Positions 26,334 through 35,139 of a DNA stretch of 64,000 nt are shown piece by piece. Positions within the stretch are counted from its first letter, which is position 1, and each line of letters starts with the position of its first letter. This DNA is from a virus. Position numbers and translations under genes: made by a program. A model generated the notes under the pieces. It was not told the DNA's origin, made no database searches, and worked only from the letters and a program-made list of their open reading frames with translations. The stretch lies in the IMG/VR virus record IMGVR_UViG_3300045988_112808, one strand, 5' to 3'.

Positions 26334-26672
26334 TCATTCTCCTGTAAAGCGGTCAAATTCTTCTCCGCTCATGACAATGCGGTTAATGATAATTATGCCG
26401 TTATCGCTATAATCATCATCTTTAATTCCCATATCATCAAGCTCTTTCTTTAAGTCTTCAAATGTGGGACCTTTCTTGTCTTTAGAAAATAAAGTAGCAT
26501 GTACAACCTTTCCGTTGTTTAGTTTTACTCTCACGGTATAGAGATATCCTTTTTCTTCTTCATCCTTTTTATTGATACCATCAAGGATGCTATTTATCAT
26601 ATCCTTGTTCTCACGTGATAGGTTGGGTATAGCTATTTTGACCTTGAATCTAAATACTTCGTTTTCGTTCAT
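26334..26672 (-). CDS. hypothetical protein (112 aa)
   Basis: ORF-track ORF; start overlaps the upstream stop. Confidence 0.65.
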   Translation of the reverse strand: MNENEVFRFKVKIAIPNLSRENKDMINSILDGINKKDEEEKGYLYTVRVKLNNGKVVHATLFSKDKKGPTFEDLKKELDDMGIKDDDYSDNGIIIINRIVMSGEEFDRFTGE

Positions 26673-26956
26673 GACTTTCTGTTTTTATTGTTTTCAAAAT
26701 ATTGTCTTACGGCTTCTATGGCTTTATCATCATCAAAAACTTCTTCAAACTCCGTGTAGAACCTATCTCGCTCCATGCAGAATGTGTTTTTCCCTTCCGG
26801 TATAGGACGGAACACAACCATCCTCTCTTTGTCGTGATTGGTTCCTATTATGTTATTATCTAAGATAATAGAATACCTTCTTGAACTTTTGTTGATAACA
26901 ACATCATGTTGAAGACCATACAATTTAAGTATTTCCCTTAATTCATTTGTTTTCAT
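26669..26956 (-). CDS. hypothetical protein (95 aa)
   Basis: ORF-track ORF; abuts the upstream gene with no gap. Confidence 0.65.
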   Translation of the reverse strand: MKTNELREILKLYGLQHDVVINKSSRRYSIILDNNIIGTNHDKERMVVFRPIPEGKNTFCMERDRFYTEFEEVFDDDKAIEAVRQYFENNKNRKS

Positions 26957-27313
26957 TTATATTACTCCTTCCAAATTTACTTTAATAGAACCATTTATGG
27001 TTTTAATGCTCCCATCTATGGTTGAAATCACATCATCTATATCATTTATAATACTTTCCATGTCATCAACCACCTCCTCCATATCAGTTACAGCCTGATC
27101 TGATTCCCAATATCTTTCTGAGTCTTGTAACGATTCCGGTATATTATCTCTCGCCTCAGTCTCTTCGTCTAAAATCATATCAACATCATCTTTGGCTGAA
27201 TTTATGTTGCACTTCAACTCCGATAACTTTGATTTGATGTATTCAAAATCTGTTTTATACTTATTTACGTTGTTAATAACATCCGATATTTTTTTTCTTC
27301 TCTTGTTGTTCAT
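26957..27313 (-). CDS. hypothetical acidic coiled-coil protein (118 aa)
   Basis: ATGA overlap with the helicase stop; Asp/Glu-rich. Confidence 0.65.
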   Translation of the reverse strand: MNNKRRKKISDVINNVNKYKTDFEYIKSKLSELKCNINSAKDDVDMILDEETEARDNIPESLQDSERYWESDQAVTDMEEVVDDMESIINDIDDVISTIDGSIKTINGSIKVNLEGVI

Positions 27314-28731
27314 GCTTTTATCCTATTATAATATTCTATAACCTTTTCTTTTCTATCTCCTGGTTTTACTGCCATATTCTCAGCCAAGAACCTAAAATAC
27401 GACACCGGTATGTCCTTGAATCTAATTCCTTCATATTTTCCAAACCACATTATTATACTATCAAGATCGTCTTCTCTCCTACCATCTCCATTCACAGATT
27501 TAAGCGAGGCTGCCCGACGAAGGATCTCGTCTTTGGTAATAATATCACCCATCCTTATATTAGACAGAAGTTGATCGCCAGCAAACATACACCAGCCCTT
27601 AGAAGGGAATTGCTCGATTGTCAGGTCTTCTATCCGACCAAAGCGTCTCATGTTGTCGCAGCAATCAACTATCAGCGCCTCTTTCTTGTCAGGATGGATG
27701 CGGACGGCGCGGCCTAATATTTGGTAATAAGTTGAATATGAGAAAGTTGGTCGACCAAACATCACACAATCAAGTTCAGGAAAATCAAATCCGGTAGCAA
27801 GCGTTGAATAATTAAAAACCACCTTCAACTTACCTTCTTTGAAATCGGATATGATTTGCTCTCTTTTCTTTTTGGTTGTTAGCGATGTTACGACACCGGT
27901 TATGGCTCCCATCCTGGCATTCATGAACTCTGATATTCTATTACATGATTCGATAGAATCCATGCAAACCAAAATGGCTTTACGCTCGTTCATAAGTTGA
28001 AGAAGGCGCTTGTAGATAGAGTTGTTTAAGCCGTTTCGTACAATACTTTCTTTAATAGATTCGTTGGTGTATTCGGCTCCGGTACTGTTTAACATCAGAG
28101 CCGATTCATCAAACGACCATCGTTCGTACTTAAGTGGACACCAAAACCCTTGAGAAGTTAGTTCTTGTATTTGAGTCACATGAACTATTTTCTTGAAGAA
28201 GTTATGCTCGTCTTTCGTCAGCATATTGAGCTTGCTATAGTTCCCTTCCAGCATGGAACTGTAGGTTCGGAGGCGGCAGGGAGTGGCGGTGAAGCCCAGT
28301 ACCTTCGCCTCTGGGAACCTGTTCATAAACTCCATAAATTCAGAACCTTCTTCAGGAGAATATCCTGAATGACATTCGTCTATCAATAAGGTATCTATCC
28401 CTATATCCTTCAACCTCGCTACATCTTTCTTTATGCTCTTTAATGTTGCATAAGTCATAGCCGACAGCTCCTTTATACCACATGAAGCAGAATATATAGT
28501 AGGTTTAGAACCGAATGATACGGCCTTTGCATAATTCTGCTCCAGAATCTCTTTTGAGGGCTGTAATACTAATGTCGGTCTATTTATTTCATGTGCTATC
28601 TTGGATATCAGAAGGCTCTTTCCACATCCGCATGGGGCTACGATTATGCCAGGCTTCTTAGATCTTCCTGTAAGAAACTTAAGCCCGGCATCTACTGCTT
28701 CTTTTTGGTAAGGTCTAAGTTCAAAGCCCAT
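27310..28731 (-). CDS. superfamily-2 DNA helicase (DEAH-type) with a C-terminal DUF3820-like tail
   Basis: Walker A APCGCGKS, motif II LLIDECH, motif III GFTATP, motif VI YQILGRAVR. The C-terminus MWFGKYEGIRFKDIPVSYFRFL resembles the KYKG..l..P..Yl.Wl module. Confidence 0.85.
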   Translation of the reverse strand: MGFELRPYQKEAVDAGLKFLTGRSKKPGIIVAPCGCGKSLLISKIAHEINRPTLVLQPSKEILEQNYAKAVSFGSKPTIYSASCGIKELSAMTYATLKSIKKDVARLKDIGIDTLLIDECHSGYSPEEGSEFMEFMNRFPEAKVLGFTATPCRLRTYSSMLEGNYSKLNMLTKDEHNFFKKIVHVTQIQELTSQGFWCPLKYERWSFDESALMLNSTGAEYTNESIKESIVRNGLNNSIYKRLLQLMNERKAILVCMDSIESCNRISEFMNARMGAITGVVTSLTTKKKREQIISDFKEGKLKVVFNYSTLATGFDFPELDCVMFGRPTFSYSTYYQILGRAVRIHPDKKEALIVDCCDNMRRFGRIEDLTIEQFPSKGWCMFAGDQLLSNIRMGDIITKDEILRRAASLKSVNGDGRREDDLDSIIMWFGKYEGIRFKDIPVSYFRFLAENMAVKPGDRKEKVIEYYNRIKA

Positions 28732-29107
28732 CGCAATCTATTATATTATTTTTTGAAAGTTCTATTATCGCCTCTTTCAACATCTCCCTTGCTTTATTCT
28801 CATTATCTTCAAACAGGCATACACTGCATGTAGCACCTTTGGAGGGGTAGTCTCTGTAGGCTTCTGCTCTTTCTACAACGTACTCACAACAATAGTCGTG
28901 ACTCATGTCTTTTGCTATACTTATAAAATGATCTTCTCCATCCATCAACACGCAATATTCAGCATCGTTTTCGCATGCAATAACACCTTTGTTTTTTAAA
29001 ATGGATAGCACTTTATTTCCAAAAAGTCCAATATAGACCCATATATCTTTCCCTGCATTTTTGTAAAAAATATCCATTCCTTCTTTGATTGTGACTTTCT
29101 TTTCCAT
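28721..29107 (-). CDS. hypothetical protein (128 aa)
   Basis: ORF-track ORF overlapping the helicase start by 11 nt. Confidence 0.65.
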   Translation of the reverse strand: MEKKVTIKEGMDIFYKNAGKDIWVYIGLFGNKVLSILKNKGVIACENDAEYCVLMDGEDHFISIAKDMSHDYCCEYVVERAEAYRDYPSKGATCSVCLFEDNENKAREMLKEAIIELSKNNIIDCDGL

Positions 29108-29113
29108 AATCCC

Positions 29114-29437
29114 TTATTTTATATCAGTAATTAAAACATATATTTTAGCAATATCTTCAAGACTCACAGAAGAACGTATATATAGTTTTTCTTCGTACTC
29201 ATATAGAGCGTACCCTTCTTTTATGTCTAATATCTTAATCACATGCTTGCCTCTTTCAAATGGATCCTCAAAGTAGCTCTTATGTTCGTATCTTTGACCT
29301 ACTTTGATTTTGTCAGTTTTCTTCTTCATCTTATAACGCTCTACTGCTCTACCTGTTTTTATGAAAGCTGTCGTGAGTAAGTATAATAAAACTAAATACA
29401 AAAGGATCGCTACTCCACATATTAGATCTTCTTTCAT
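29114..29437 (-). CDS. small membrane-anchored protein (107 aa from the ATG at 29437)
   Basis: The internal ATG 29437 forms a TAATG overlap with the upstream 56-aa ORF. Hydrophobic helix ICGVAILLYLVLLYLLTTAFI. Confidence 0.6.
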   Translation of the reverse strand: MKEDLICGVAILLYLVLLYLLTTAFIKTGRAVERYKMKKKTDKIKVGQRYEHKSYFEDPFERGKHVIKILDIKEGYALYEYEEKLYIRSSVSLEDIAKIYVLITDIK

Positions 29438-29607
29438 TACACTCCTTTTAAATAGTTGAACCATATATCCTCCAGCTTCTCCTGAAGCTCAAACGCTTTC
29501 TTGAAATTCCCGCATCTTACAGCAACGTCTCTCATGTATTCTACGTTTATAACTTCCGGATCTTGCCGGTATTTCGTTCTTAACTTTTGAACATCCTCGT
29601 ATTTCAT
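29437..29607 (-). CDS. small hypothetical protein (56 aa, below the ORF-track cutoff)
   Basis: ATG 29607 forms an ATGA overlap with the nuclease stop (MKYEDVQKLRTKYRQDPEV...). Fills an otherwise empty 140-nt gap. Confidence 0.5.
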   Translation of the reverse strand: MKYEDVQKLRTKYRQDPEVINVEYMRDVAVRCGNFKKAFELQEKLEDIWFNYLKGV

Positions 29608-30623
29608 CGTTTTATCTTTTTAGACGGATCCCAATCTGAAGAGAAAGGGCATTCGTTTTTGTTATGTAATCCAAAGTCACAATAATAACACAGCGCCGAC
29701 GGGCAGGGTAGCTTGTTTTGCGAAACAGGCTGGCTTAGGGTGGCGCGCCGCTTGCTATACCTGGCTTCTTCTGCTCCCTGGATGTACGCTTGAAATGCTT
29801 TTACACTATTATCTTCAAAATCATACATTTTAGACAAAGTGTCATTTAGCATCTCTATAGATTTTGTTTTACGTTCCTCATCTACCTTAACCTTTTGGTA
29901 CTGTCTGGTCCTGGTAAAGAAATAGATGTTCATATCTGGCATAACTCCGCCATATCTTCTATAGATGTAAAATGAATATATAGGATGCTGTAAATTTGTT
30001 TCCAACTTCTTAGAGTCAAAAACCTTATTACCGGATTTCCAATCTATGACATAATGGTGAACTACGTTCTTGCTTTTTATAGCCAGATGAAGATCCACCG
30101 ATCCTACTATGTACACATGAGTATGAACGTCACCATTTATATCAACAGGCTTAGGAAGACGGTACGGCAGCACAAAATCTTCTTCGACTCCAACTATAGC
30201 GCCGTGTCTAATAAGTTTCTCACAGGGATTAAGATCACTATCAGCTATCATAAACCTATTCCCGTCTTTTTTAAATAGATCTACAATCCAAGCAAGAAGC
30301 TCTCCAGATTGCTTCATGGCTATCATCATATTTTCCGGTGATTGCCAAGGTATGTCTTCCTGGTAAGCATAGTAACTTATTGCTTCTCCAAGGTCTTTAC
30401 CAGAAGGCTGTCTTCCGTTCTTAAAAAAGTATTCCAGTGTCTTATGGATAACCGTACCATAAGACGTAGCTTCTTGTTTTTCCGTAGACCTTTTGCCCTC
30501 TACGTAAGTCTTATACCATTTCATTGGACAGGTAAGAAACGTATCTATCTGGGAATAAGATATGGCAAGACGTTTTACACCATTAAACTCCTTATATAGC
30601 AAATGCGTTTCCGGGACCATCAT
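29604..30623 (-). CDS. PD-(D/E)XK nuclease, Cas4/RecB-like, with a Cys cluster
   Basis: N-terminal Cys (FLTCPMKW), GTVIHKTLE, VGSVDLHL, VIDWKSG (D-x-K), QHPIYSFY (QxxxY), C-terminal CPSALCYYCDFGLHNKNEC. Confidence 0.7.
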   Translation of the reverse strand: MMVPETHLLYKEFNGVKRLAISYSQIDTFLTCPMKWYKTYVEGKRSTEKQEATSYGTVIHKTLEYFFKNGRQPSGKDLGEAISYYAYQEDIPWQSPENMMIAMKQSGELLAWIVDLFKKDGNRFMIADSDLNPCEKLIRHGAIVGVEEDFVLPYRLPKPVDINGDVHTHVYIVGSVDLHLAIKSKNVVHHYVIDWKSGNKVFDSKKLETNLQHPIYSFYIYRRYGGVMPDMNIYFFTRTRQYQKVKVDEERKTKSIEMLNDTLSKMYDFEDNSVKAFQAYIQGAEEARYSKRRATLSQPVSQNKLPCPSALCYYCDFGLHNKNECPFSSDWDPSKKIKR

Positions 30624-30979
30624 AAGTCATTGTCTTTAAATCCTTCCGGGTAATATACGACATACTTCTTACCGTCTTCTGGTGTCATGGCAAACTGCAT
30701 GTAGTTATTACGATTACGATGCTTGCCATCTAATCCTCGCTTCCAATACAGAATCCCATCTATATCCACATAAGACCGTCCGCGTTCGGCTCTAACTACG
30801 TCCGTGTGTAGCAGATACCCGTCGGAAGACACGATCCACACTTTATCCCCTTTGTTTAAATAAGATATTCTTTTTCTTACAACAACCTTTTTCTTATTAT
30901 CTAATGCAAATTCCTCATCGGTCATACTCTTCATCCTCCTCTTCTTCTGTTTCAAAATCAATTCCATAACACTGATCAT
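30620..30979 (-). CDS. hypothetical protein (119 aa, or 101 aa from Met19)
   Basis: ATGA overlap with the nuclease start. The true start may be MTDEEF (30925), because a 36-codon acidic ORF (30914-31024) overlaps upstream. Confidence 0.6.
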   Translation of the reverse strand: MISVMELILKQKKRRMKSMTDEEFALDNKKKVVVRKRISYLNKGDKVWIVSSDGYLLHTDVVRAERGRSYVDIDGILYWKRGLDGKHRNRNNYMQFAMTPEDGKKYVVYYPEGFKDNDL

Positions 30980-31113
30980 AATGCTTGGTCAGTTCTTCTG
31001 GTTCTAAATCTTGTCCAAAATCCATGTTAAAAATATCGTAATTAGTAAAGCACTTAAAATCACTGTTCCCGCAGGCAGGAAATCTATGAATGCTGCTTTT
31101 ATTTCTTCAATTA

Positions 31114-31135
31114 GGCCCAAGTGTAACCTTGGGCC
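31114..31135. other. perfect 8-bp GC-rich palindromic hairpin downstream of the flotillin gene
   Basis: GGCCCAAG (31114-31121) / CTTGGGCC (31128-31135). No U-tract on the minus strand, so terminator function is uncertain. Confidence 0.4.
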
Positions 31136-31142
31136 ATTGTAT

Positions 31143-32843
31143 TTATTTTTTGTCATCTCCTTTTAATTTCTTTAAAGTATCTGCAATCGGAAGCTGATCA
31201 ATGACTCCCAATGCCGGAGCGACGGTCTTGACAACATTGTTAAGGAAATTACCGGTACTGTTCTGACCGCCGTCAAATACCGTGATATTTCCGAGATTAA
31301 TGTGCTCAAATGCTTTAACCTGTTCTCCAGCAATTTCTTTCCACTGATTAACCATCTTGTACTGGATGGCGATCTGAGGATTGGATTCTGCTGCTTCCAC
31401 CATAGCCTTAAATCCGTCGGCTTCTGCCATTAACGACTTTTTCTTACCTTCGGCTTCTGCCTCCAGCTTCATCTGAATAGCTTTTGCCTCTGCCTCAGCT
31501 TTTGCCAAATGTGCTGATGCCTCAGCCTCAGCCCGGCGTTTGATCTTCTCGGCCTCGGCATCAGCTTGCAAGATAGCCTCTTCCTTCTGGGTTTCAGCCG
31601 GCACAATCTTTTCAGCCTTAAGCGCAGCCTGAACTTTCTTAGCCTTAGCTTCTTCCACTTCTTTGTCTGCAAGCTCTTTTGCTGTTTTTACGGCCGCTTC
31701 CGATTTAACTTTTTCTTCTCCGGCCTTCTTTTCTGATTGAGCTTTGATAATCTGCAATTCTGATACTGACACAGCAACCTCCTTCTGGGCATTGTTGTAT
31801 CCTATAGACGCATTTTTCTCAGCCTCAGCCTTCTTAATCTGAGCTTCAGAGTTTTGTATTGCTATAGCTGCTTCCTTGTCAGCTTCAGCCTTGTTCTTTC
31901 CGACTTCTTCCATCCTTTCAGCCTCGGCTTTATTTACTTCAAGTTCTGCCTTAGATCTTACGATCGCCGATTCCTTGTCGGTTAAAGTTTTTGCGATAAC
32001 CGCAGCCCTATCTCTATCTGCTTGAGCTACACCAATCTGTTTTTCTTTATCGGTTAAAGCCAAAGCTATTTCTTTTTCTTTCTTCGTTTCAGCTACTATT
32101 GTTTCCTTTTCTTTTTCAGTACAAGCAATTTGAATCTCTTGTTCTTTTTTGGTATTAGCCACAGCCGTTTCTTTCTCCTTCTGCTGTACAGCAATCTTAA
32201 TAGCCCCCAGCTTCTCCTGTTCTTCGATATTAGCCTGTGCTTCGTTCAGAGCCCTACTTTCAGCCTCCTTACCAAGGTTCATAATATAACCGGCTTCGTC
32301 TCTAATGTCACTGATGTTGATGTTCAGGAGGTAAAGACCTAACTTGTTAAGCTCGTTATCAATGTTCTTTCTTGCCTTATCCAAAAACTCATCCCTGTCA
32401 GAATTAAGTTTTTCGATTGTCATTTCAGCAATAATCAAACGCATCTGACCGTAAACGATGTCCGTAATAAGATTTTCAGTAGATTCGGTATCCATTCCCA
32501 AAAGTCTTTCTGCCGCATTTTGCATGATCTCTGGATTTGTACTGATAGCTACTGTAATAGTCGTAGGAACATCTACTCTAATATTCTGAGATGACAAAGC
32601 ACCGGTAAGCTTGCAATCTATTTGCATAGGCTCCATTGACAAAACATCATAGCTTTGAATAATAGGCAAGACAAATGCCGCTCCACCATGATATAATTTC
32701 GCCGATTTCTTTTCCCCACCTGTCTTACCATAAACGACCAAGACCTGATTAGGCTTACATCTACGATACCTTGATAAGACTCCGATGATTGTCAAAATAA
32801 TCACTACAGCTAAGATAGCTGACACGTACATGATTGTTGTCAT
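31143..32843 (-). CDS. flotillin-family SPFH/Band-7 protein (YqiK/FloT-like)
   Basis: 566 aa. N-terminal TM anchor, PHB-domain motifs (NQVLVVYGK...GGAAFVLPIIQSYDVLSMEP), about 250 aa of Ala/Glu/Lys coiled coil, flotillin-type C-terminus. Confidence 0.85.
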   Translation of the reverse strand: MTTIMYVSAILAVVIILTIIGVLSRYRRCKPNQVLVVYGKTGGEKKSAKLYHGGAAFVLPIIQSYDVLSMEPMQIDCKLTGALSSQNIRVDVPTTITVAISTNPEIMQNAAERLLGMDTESTENLITDIVYGQMRLIIAEMTIEKLNSDRDEFLDKARKNIDNELNKLGLYLLNINISDIRDEAGYIMNLGKEAESRALNEAQANIEEQEKLGAIKIAVQQKEKETAVANTKKEQEIQIACTEKEKETIVAETKKEKEIALALTDKEKQIGVAQADRDRAAVIAKTLTDKESAIVRSKAELEVNKAEAERMEEVGKNKAEADKEAAIAIQNSEAQIKKAEAEKNASIGYNNAQKEVAVSVSELQIIKAQSEKKAGEEKVKSEAAVKTAKELADKEVEEAKAKKVQAALKAEKIVPAETQKEEAILQADAEAEKIKRRAEAEASAHLAKAEAEAKAIQMKLEAEAEGKKKSLMAEADGFKAMVEAAESNPQIAIQYKMVNQWKEIAGEQVKAFEHINLGNITVFDGGQNSTGNFLNNVVKTVAPALGVIDQLPIADTLKKLKGDDKK

Positions 32844-32875
32844 AACTTTTAAAATTTAATTGTTGATAAAAAAAA

Positions 32876-33364
32876 TTAGATACTTAGTTCTCCTTCTTCG
32901 TATTTTATATTCACCTTGTCACCGTTTTTGTAAGTTTTTCCAGACAAGCATCTTACTCTCATTTGCTCCTGTCTTCCATTTTTCGAAATATTTACCATAT
33001 AATGATTCTTCCCTGATCTAAATACTATCTCCACCTCTCTGCCATTTAAATCTTCCGGACATTCGTACACCATTTCTTGCTTTAACTTAAGAAGTAACTT
33101 ATATACGTAAAACAAAACGATAAAGAAAAACGACCCTATCACAACCCCTACTAAATGAGAACCCGAAAAGTAGGTAGTCCAGCTATATCCAAGAATAAAA
33201 TGTGTTATACCCTTAAATGATATGATGTCTGATAAAGACATGCTTAAATCAGAAGCATTGTCAATATCCGTATCCAGATCAGATCCTAATATCGACAACA
33301 AAAACTGTATAACAAAAGCAAATGATGCTATTAAAGCCATGCATAAAATTATATCACTTCCCAT
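32876..33364 (-). CDS. NfeD/YqiJ-like membrane protein
   Basis: 162 aa. TM helices, acidic loop GSDLDTDIDNASD, beta-rich C-terminal domain GREVEIVFRSG...GDKVNIKYEEGELSI. Sits 32 nt upstream of the flotillin gene, as in bacterial nfeD-flotillin operons. Confidence 0.6.
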   Translation of the reverse strand: MGSDIILCMALIASFAFVIQFLLSILGSDLDTDIDNASDLSMSLSDIISFKGITHFILGYSWTTYFSGSHLVGVVIGSFFFIVLFYVYKLLLKLKQEMVYECPEDLNGREVEIVFRSGKNHYMVNISKNGRQEQMRVRCLSGKTYKNGDKVNIKYEEGELSI

Positions 33365-33605
33365 ACCCTTCTGTTATTATTTTGTAAACAAGATCAGTCA
33401 TATCTTTGATGGTCTCCATATCATAATCAATAATAACAATATTGAATTTTTGTTCCACCATCACTTCCAGTTCAATTTGATCAACAGAATCTAATCCAAG
33501 TTCTTTAAACGTCACATCTTCTTCATGAACTATATCTATTTCCGAATTAAGAAACTGAGTAATAATTATATCCTCTATTATCTTTCTGATTCTTACTTTT
33601 TCCAT
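33354..33605 (-). CDS. acyl carrier protein-like (phosphopantetheine-binding) protein
   Basis: 83 aa. LGLDSVDQIELEVMVEQKF matches the ACP G-x-D-S-L/V-D-x-V/I-E-L signature with the attachment Ser. Overlaps the neighbours on both sides. Confidence 0.75.
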   Translation of the reverse strand: MEKVRIRKIIEDIIITQFLNSEIDIVHEEDVTFKELGLDSVDQIELEVMVEQKFNIVIIDYDMETIKDMTDLVYKIITEGYGK

Positions 33606-34306
33606 TGCTTTCTAATTTTGTTAAATAAATACGTTTTTATGTTTTTCAATCGCTCTTTGTCTGTTTCAGAACTTCCGGTAAACAAATAATCCGGATTGCC
33701 TTTAGCTGGCGGCGTAGGCAATTTAGATACGGCAAACAACCAATCCATTTCCTTATTCTTCTTAGACTCCAAATAAGGCTCGGTAGCGATCTTAAATTTT
33801 TCAGCTATTAAGTCAAAGAGCTTTGAATTTTTAAGGTTCATATGAACTGAAAAAGCCTGAGAAGGCGGTTTCCATATGAAGTTGCATAAGCTCATTGTAT
33901 AATCTCCTGACTCTGCTATATAAGATTCCGTTACCTGAAGTATGACCTCTTTCTTGAATGAGGTGTTACCCATAAACCAACACAATCTGGATTCCGCTTC
34001 TTTTCTGCTGACACCTATGTCTTTTGAATATGATTCGTACATTCCTATCATAATCTTCAACGTTTCCAGAACCTCGTCTGTCATCTCCGGTGTCTCTATA
34101 TAATTCACAAAAGACGTTCCTTTGTTGGTCAATCTCATCACGCCTGATTTTAATTTCTCAACCAGGCCAAGCTCTATATACCTCCCAGCATCTTCTTCCG
34201 GCATGGCTTCGATCATAACCGAATCCTTCTGTCTTATGGCAAGAAGATTAGCAAGATCATTAGGAGTCATGTCTGATGCTGCAAGTTGTCTGAAATTGAT
34301 GTACAT
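33593..34306 (-). CDS. hypothetical protein (237 aa)
   Basis: ORF-track ORF overlapping the ACP start by 13 nt. Confidence 0.7.
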   Translation of the reverse strand: MYINFRQLAASDMTPNDLANLLAIRQKDSVMIEAMPEEDAGRYIELGLVEKLKSGVMRLTNKGTSFVNYIETPEMTDEVLETLKIMIGMYESYSKDIGVSRKEAESRLCWFMGNTSFKKEVILQVTESYIAESGDYTMSLCNFIWKPPSQAFSVHMNLKNSKLFDLIAEKFKIATEPYLESKKNKEMDWLFAVSKLPTPPAKGNPDYLFTGSSETDKERLKNIKTYLFNKIRKQWKK

Positions 34307-34308
34307 TC

Positions 34309-34506
34309 TTAATCAGCTTTAATGAAAATAACATCCTTGTTATCTTGTCTATCAATATGTTCACATGGACCAATAATCATGTCTGTACATGAACAATAAT
34401 TGTATTTTTCAAATATACACCTATCGCATGTATCACCTTCCACACATTTTAATCTTACAAGTCCGGCAGTAAACACTTCTCCTACTTTAAATTCCTTCTT
34501 TTCCAT
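34309..34506 (-). CDS. small Cys-rich protein (65 aa)
   Basis: CVEGDTCDRC...CSC...CEH pattern; AAGGAGG 5 nt upstream of the ATG. Confidence 0.6.
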   Translation of the reverse strand: MEKKEFKVGEVFTAGLVRLKCVEGDTCDRCIFEKYNYCSCTDMIIGPCEHIDRQDNKDVIFIKAD

Positions 34507-34521
34507 ATTCCCTCCTTGTTT

Positions 34522-35124
34522 TTAACTGTTGTACCCTTCTTTAATAATCGAATTTCTACCGGTAGATACCGACTGTCGAAGATCGTCATGTACAGAATCT
34601 ACCGTAGAATACTTGTTTCTGGTTGTAAAAATCACTTCCAGCATCTCCTTGTAATCACCTAAAGCTACTTCGTATCTCGGATCTACTTTGGCTTTTCTTT
34701 CAGCCTCGGCATTACTTTTAGCCAGTTCTCGATCAAGAAGATCTTCTTTGATTCGGTCAGCAATCATATCAAGTTCTTTTTTAATAACTTCTCCTGCTGC
34801 CCGAAGTTGACCTTCTACGTCACCAAGCTGGTCTTGGACGGTTCCTATTTCTTTCTTTAGACGATCGTATTCGTTAATCATACCCATATCACCAGCATAG
34901 CCAGAAAAGTCCTTGATTATTCTGGTTCCTTCTTTAAGGAGCTCAATAACTCGTCTTTTACGTTCTCTGCTTATTAAAGACGGAAGACGATAATTCATAT
35001 CCGCCACCGCCTTATCATGTATGGAGTTGATTAAAAACATCTCTCTTTCATCCCCTGCAAACTCAGTAAGAACCAAAAGGAACTTACTTATCAGGTATTC
35101 GTTTTCTTCTACTGTTAGTCTCAT
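34522..35124 (-). CDS. hypothetical coiled-coil protein (200 aa)
   Basis: ORF-track ORF, 15 nt downstream of the helicase gene. Confidence 0.7.
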   Translation of the reverse strand: MRLTVEENEYLISKFLLVLTEFAGDEREMFLINSIHDKAVADMNYRLPSLISRERKRRVIELLKEGTRIIKDFSGYAGDMGMINEYDRLKKEIGTVQDQLGDVEGQLRAAGEVIKKELDMIADRIKEDLLDRELAKSNAEAERKAKVDPRYEVALGDYKEMLEVIFTTRNKYSTVDSVHDDLRQSVSTGRNSIIKEGYNS

Positions 35125-35139
35125 GGTTCTTATTTTTTT

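Noticed and set aside
31440-32300. Tandem DNA repeat or CRISPR-like array in the Ala/Glu/Lys-rich part of the flotillin gene
   Set aside because: The repetition is at the amino-acid composition level (EA-rich coiled coil). No regular nucleotide repeat-spacer structure is present. No CRISPR array was seen anywhere in the window.
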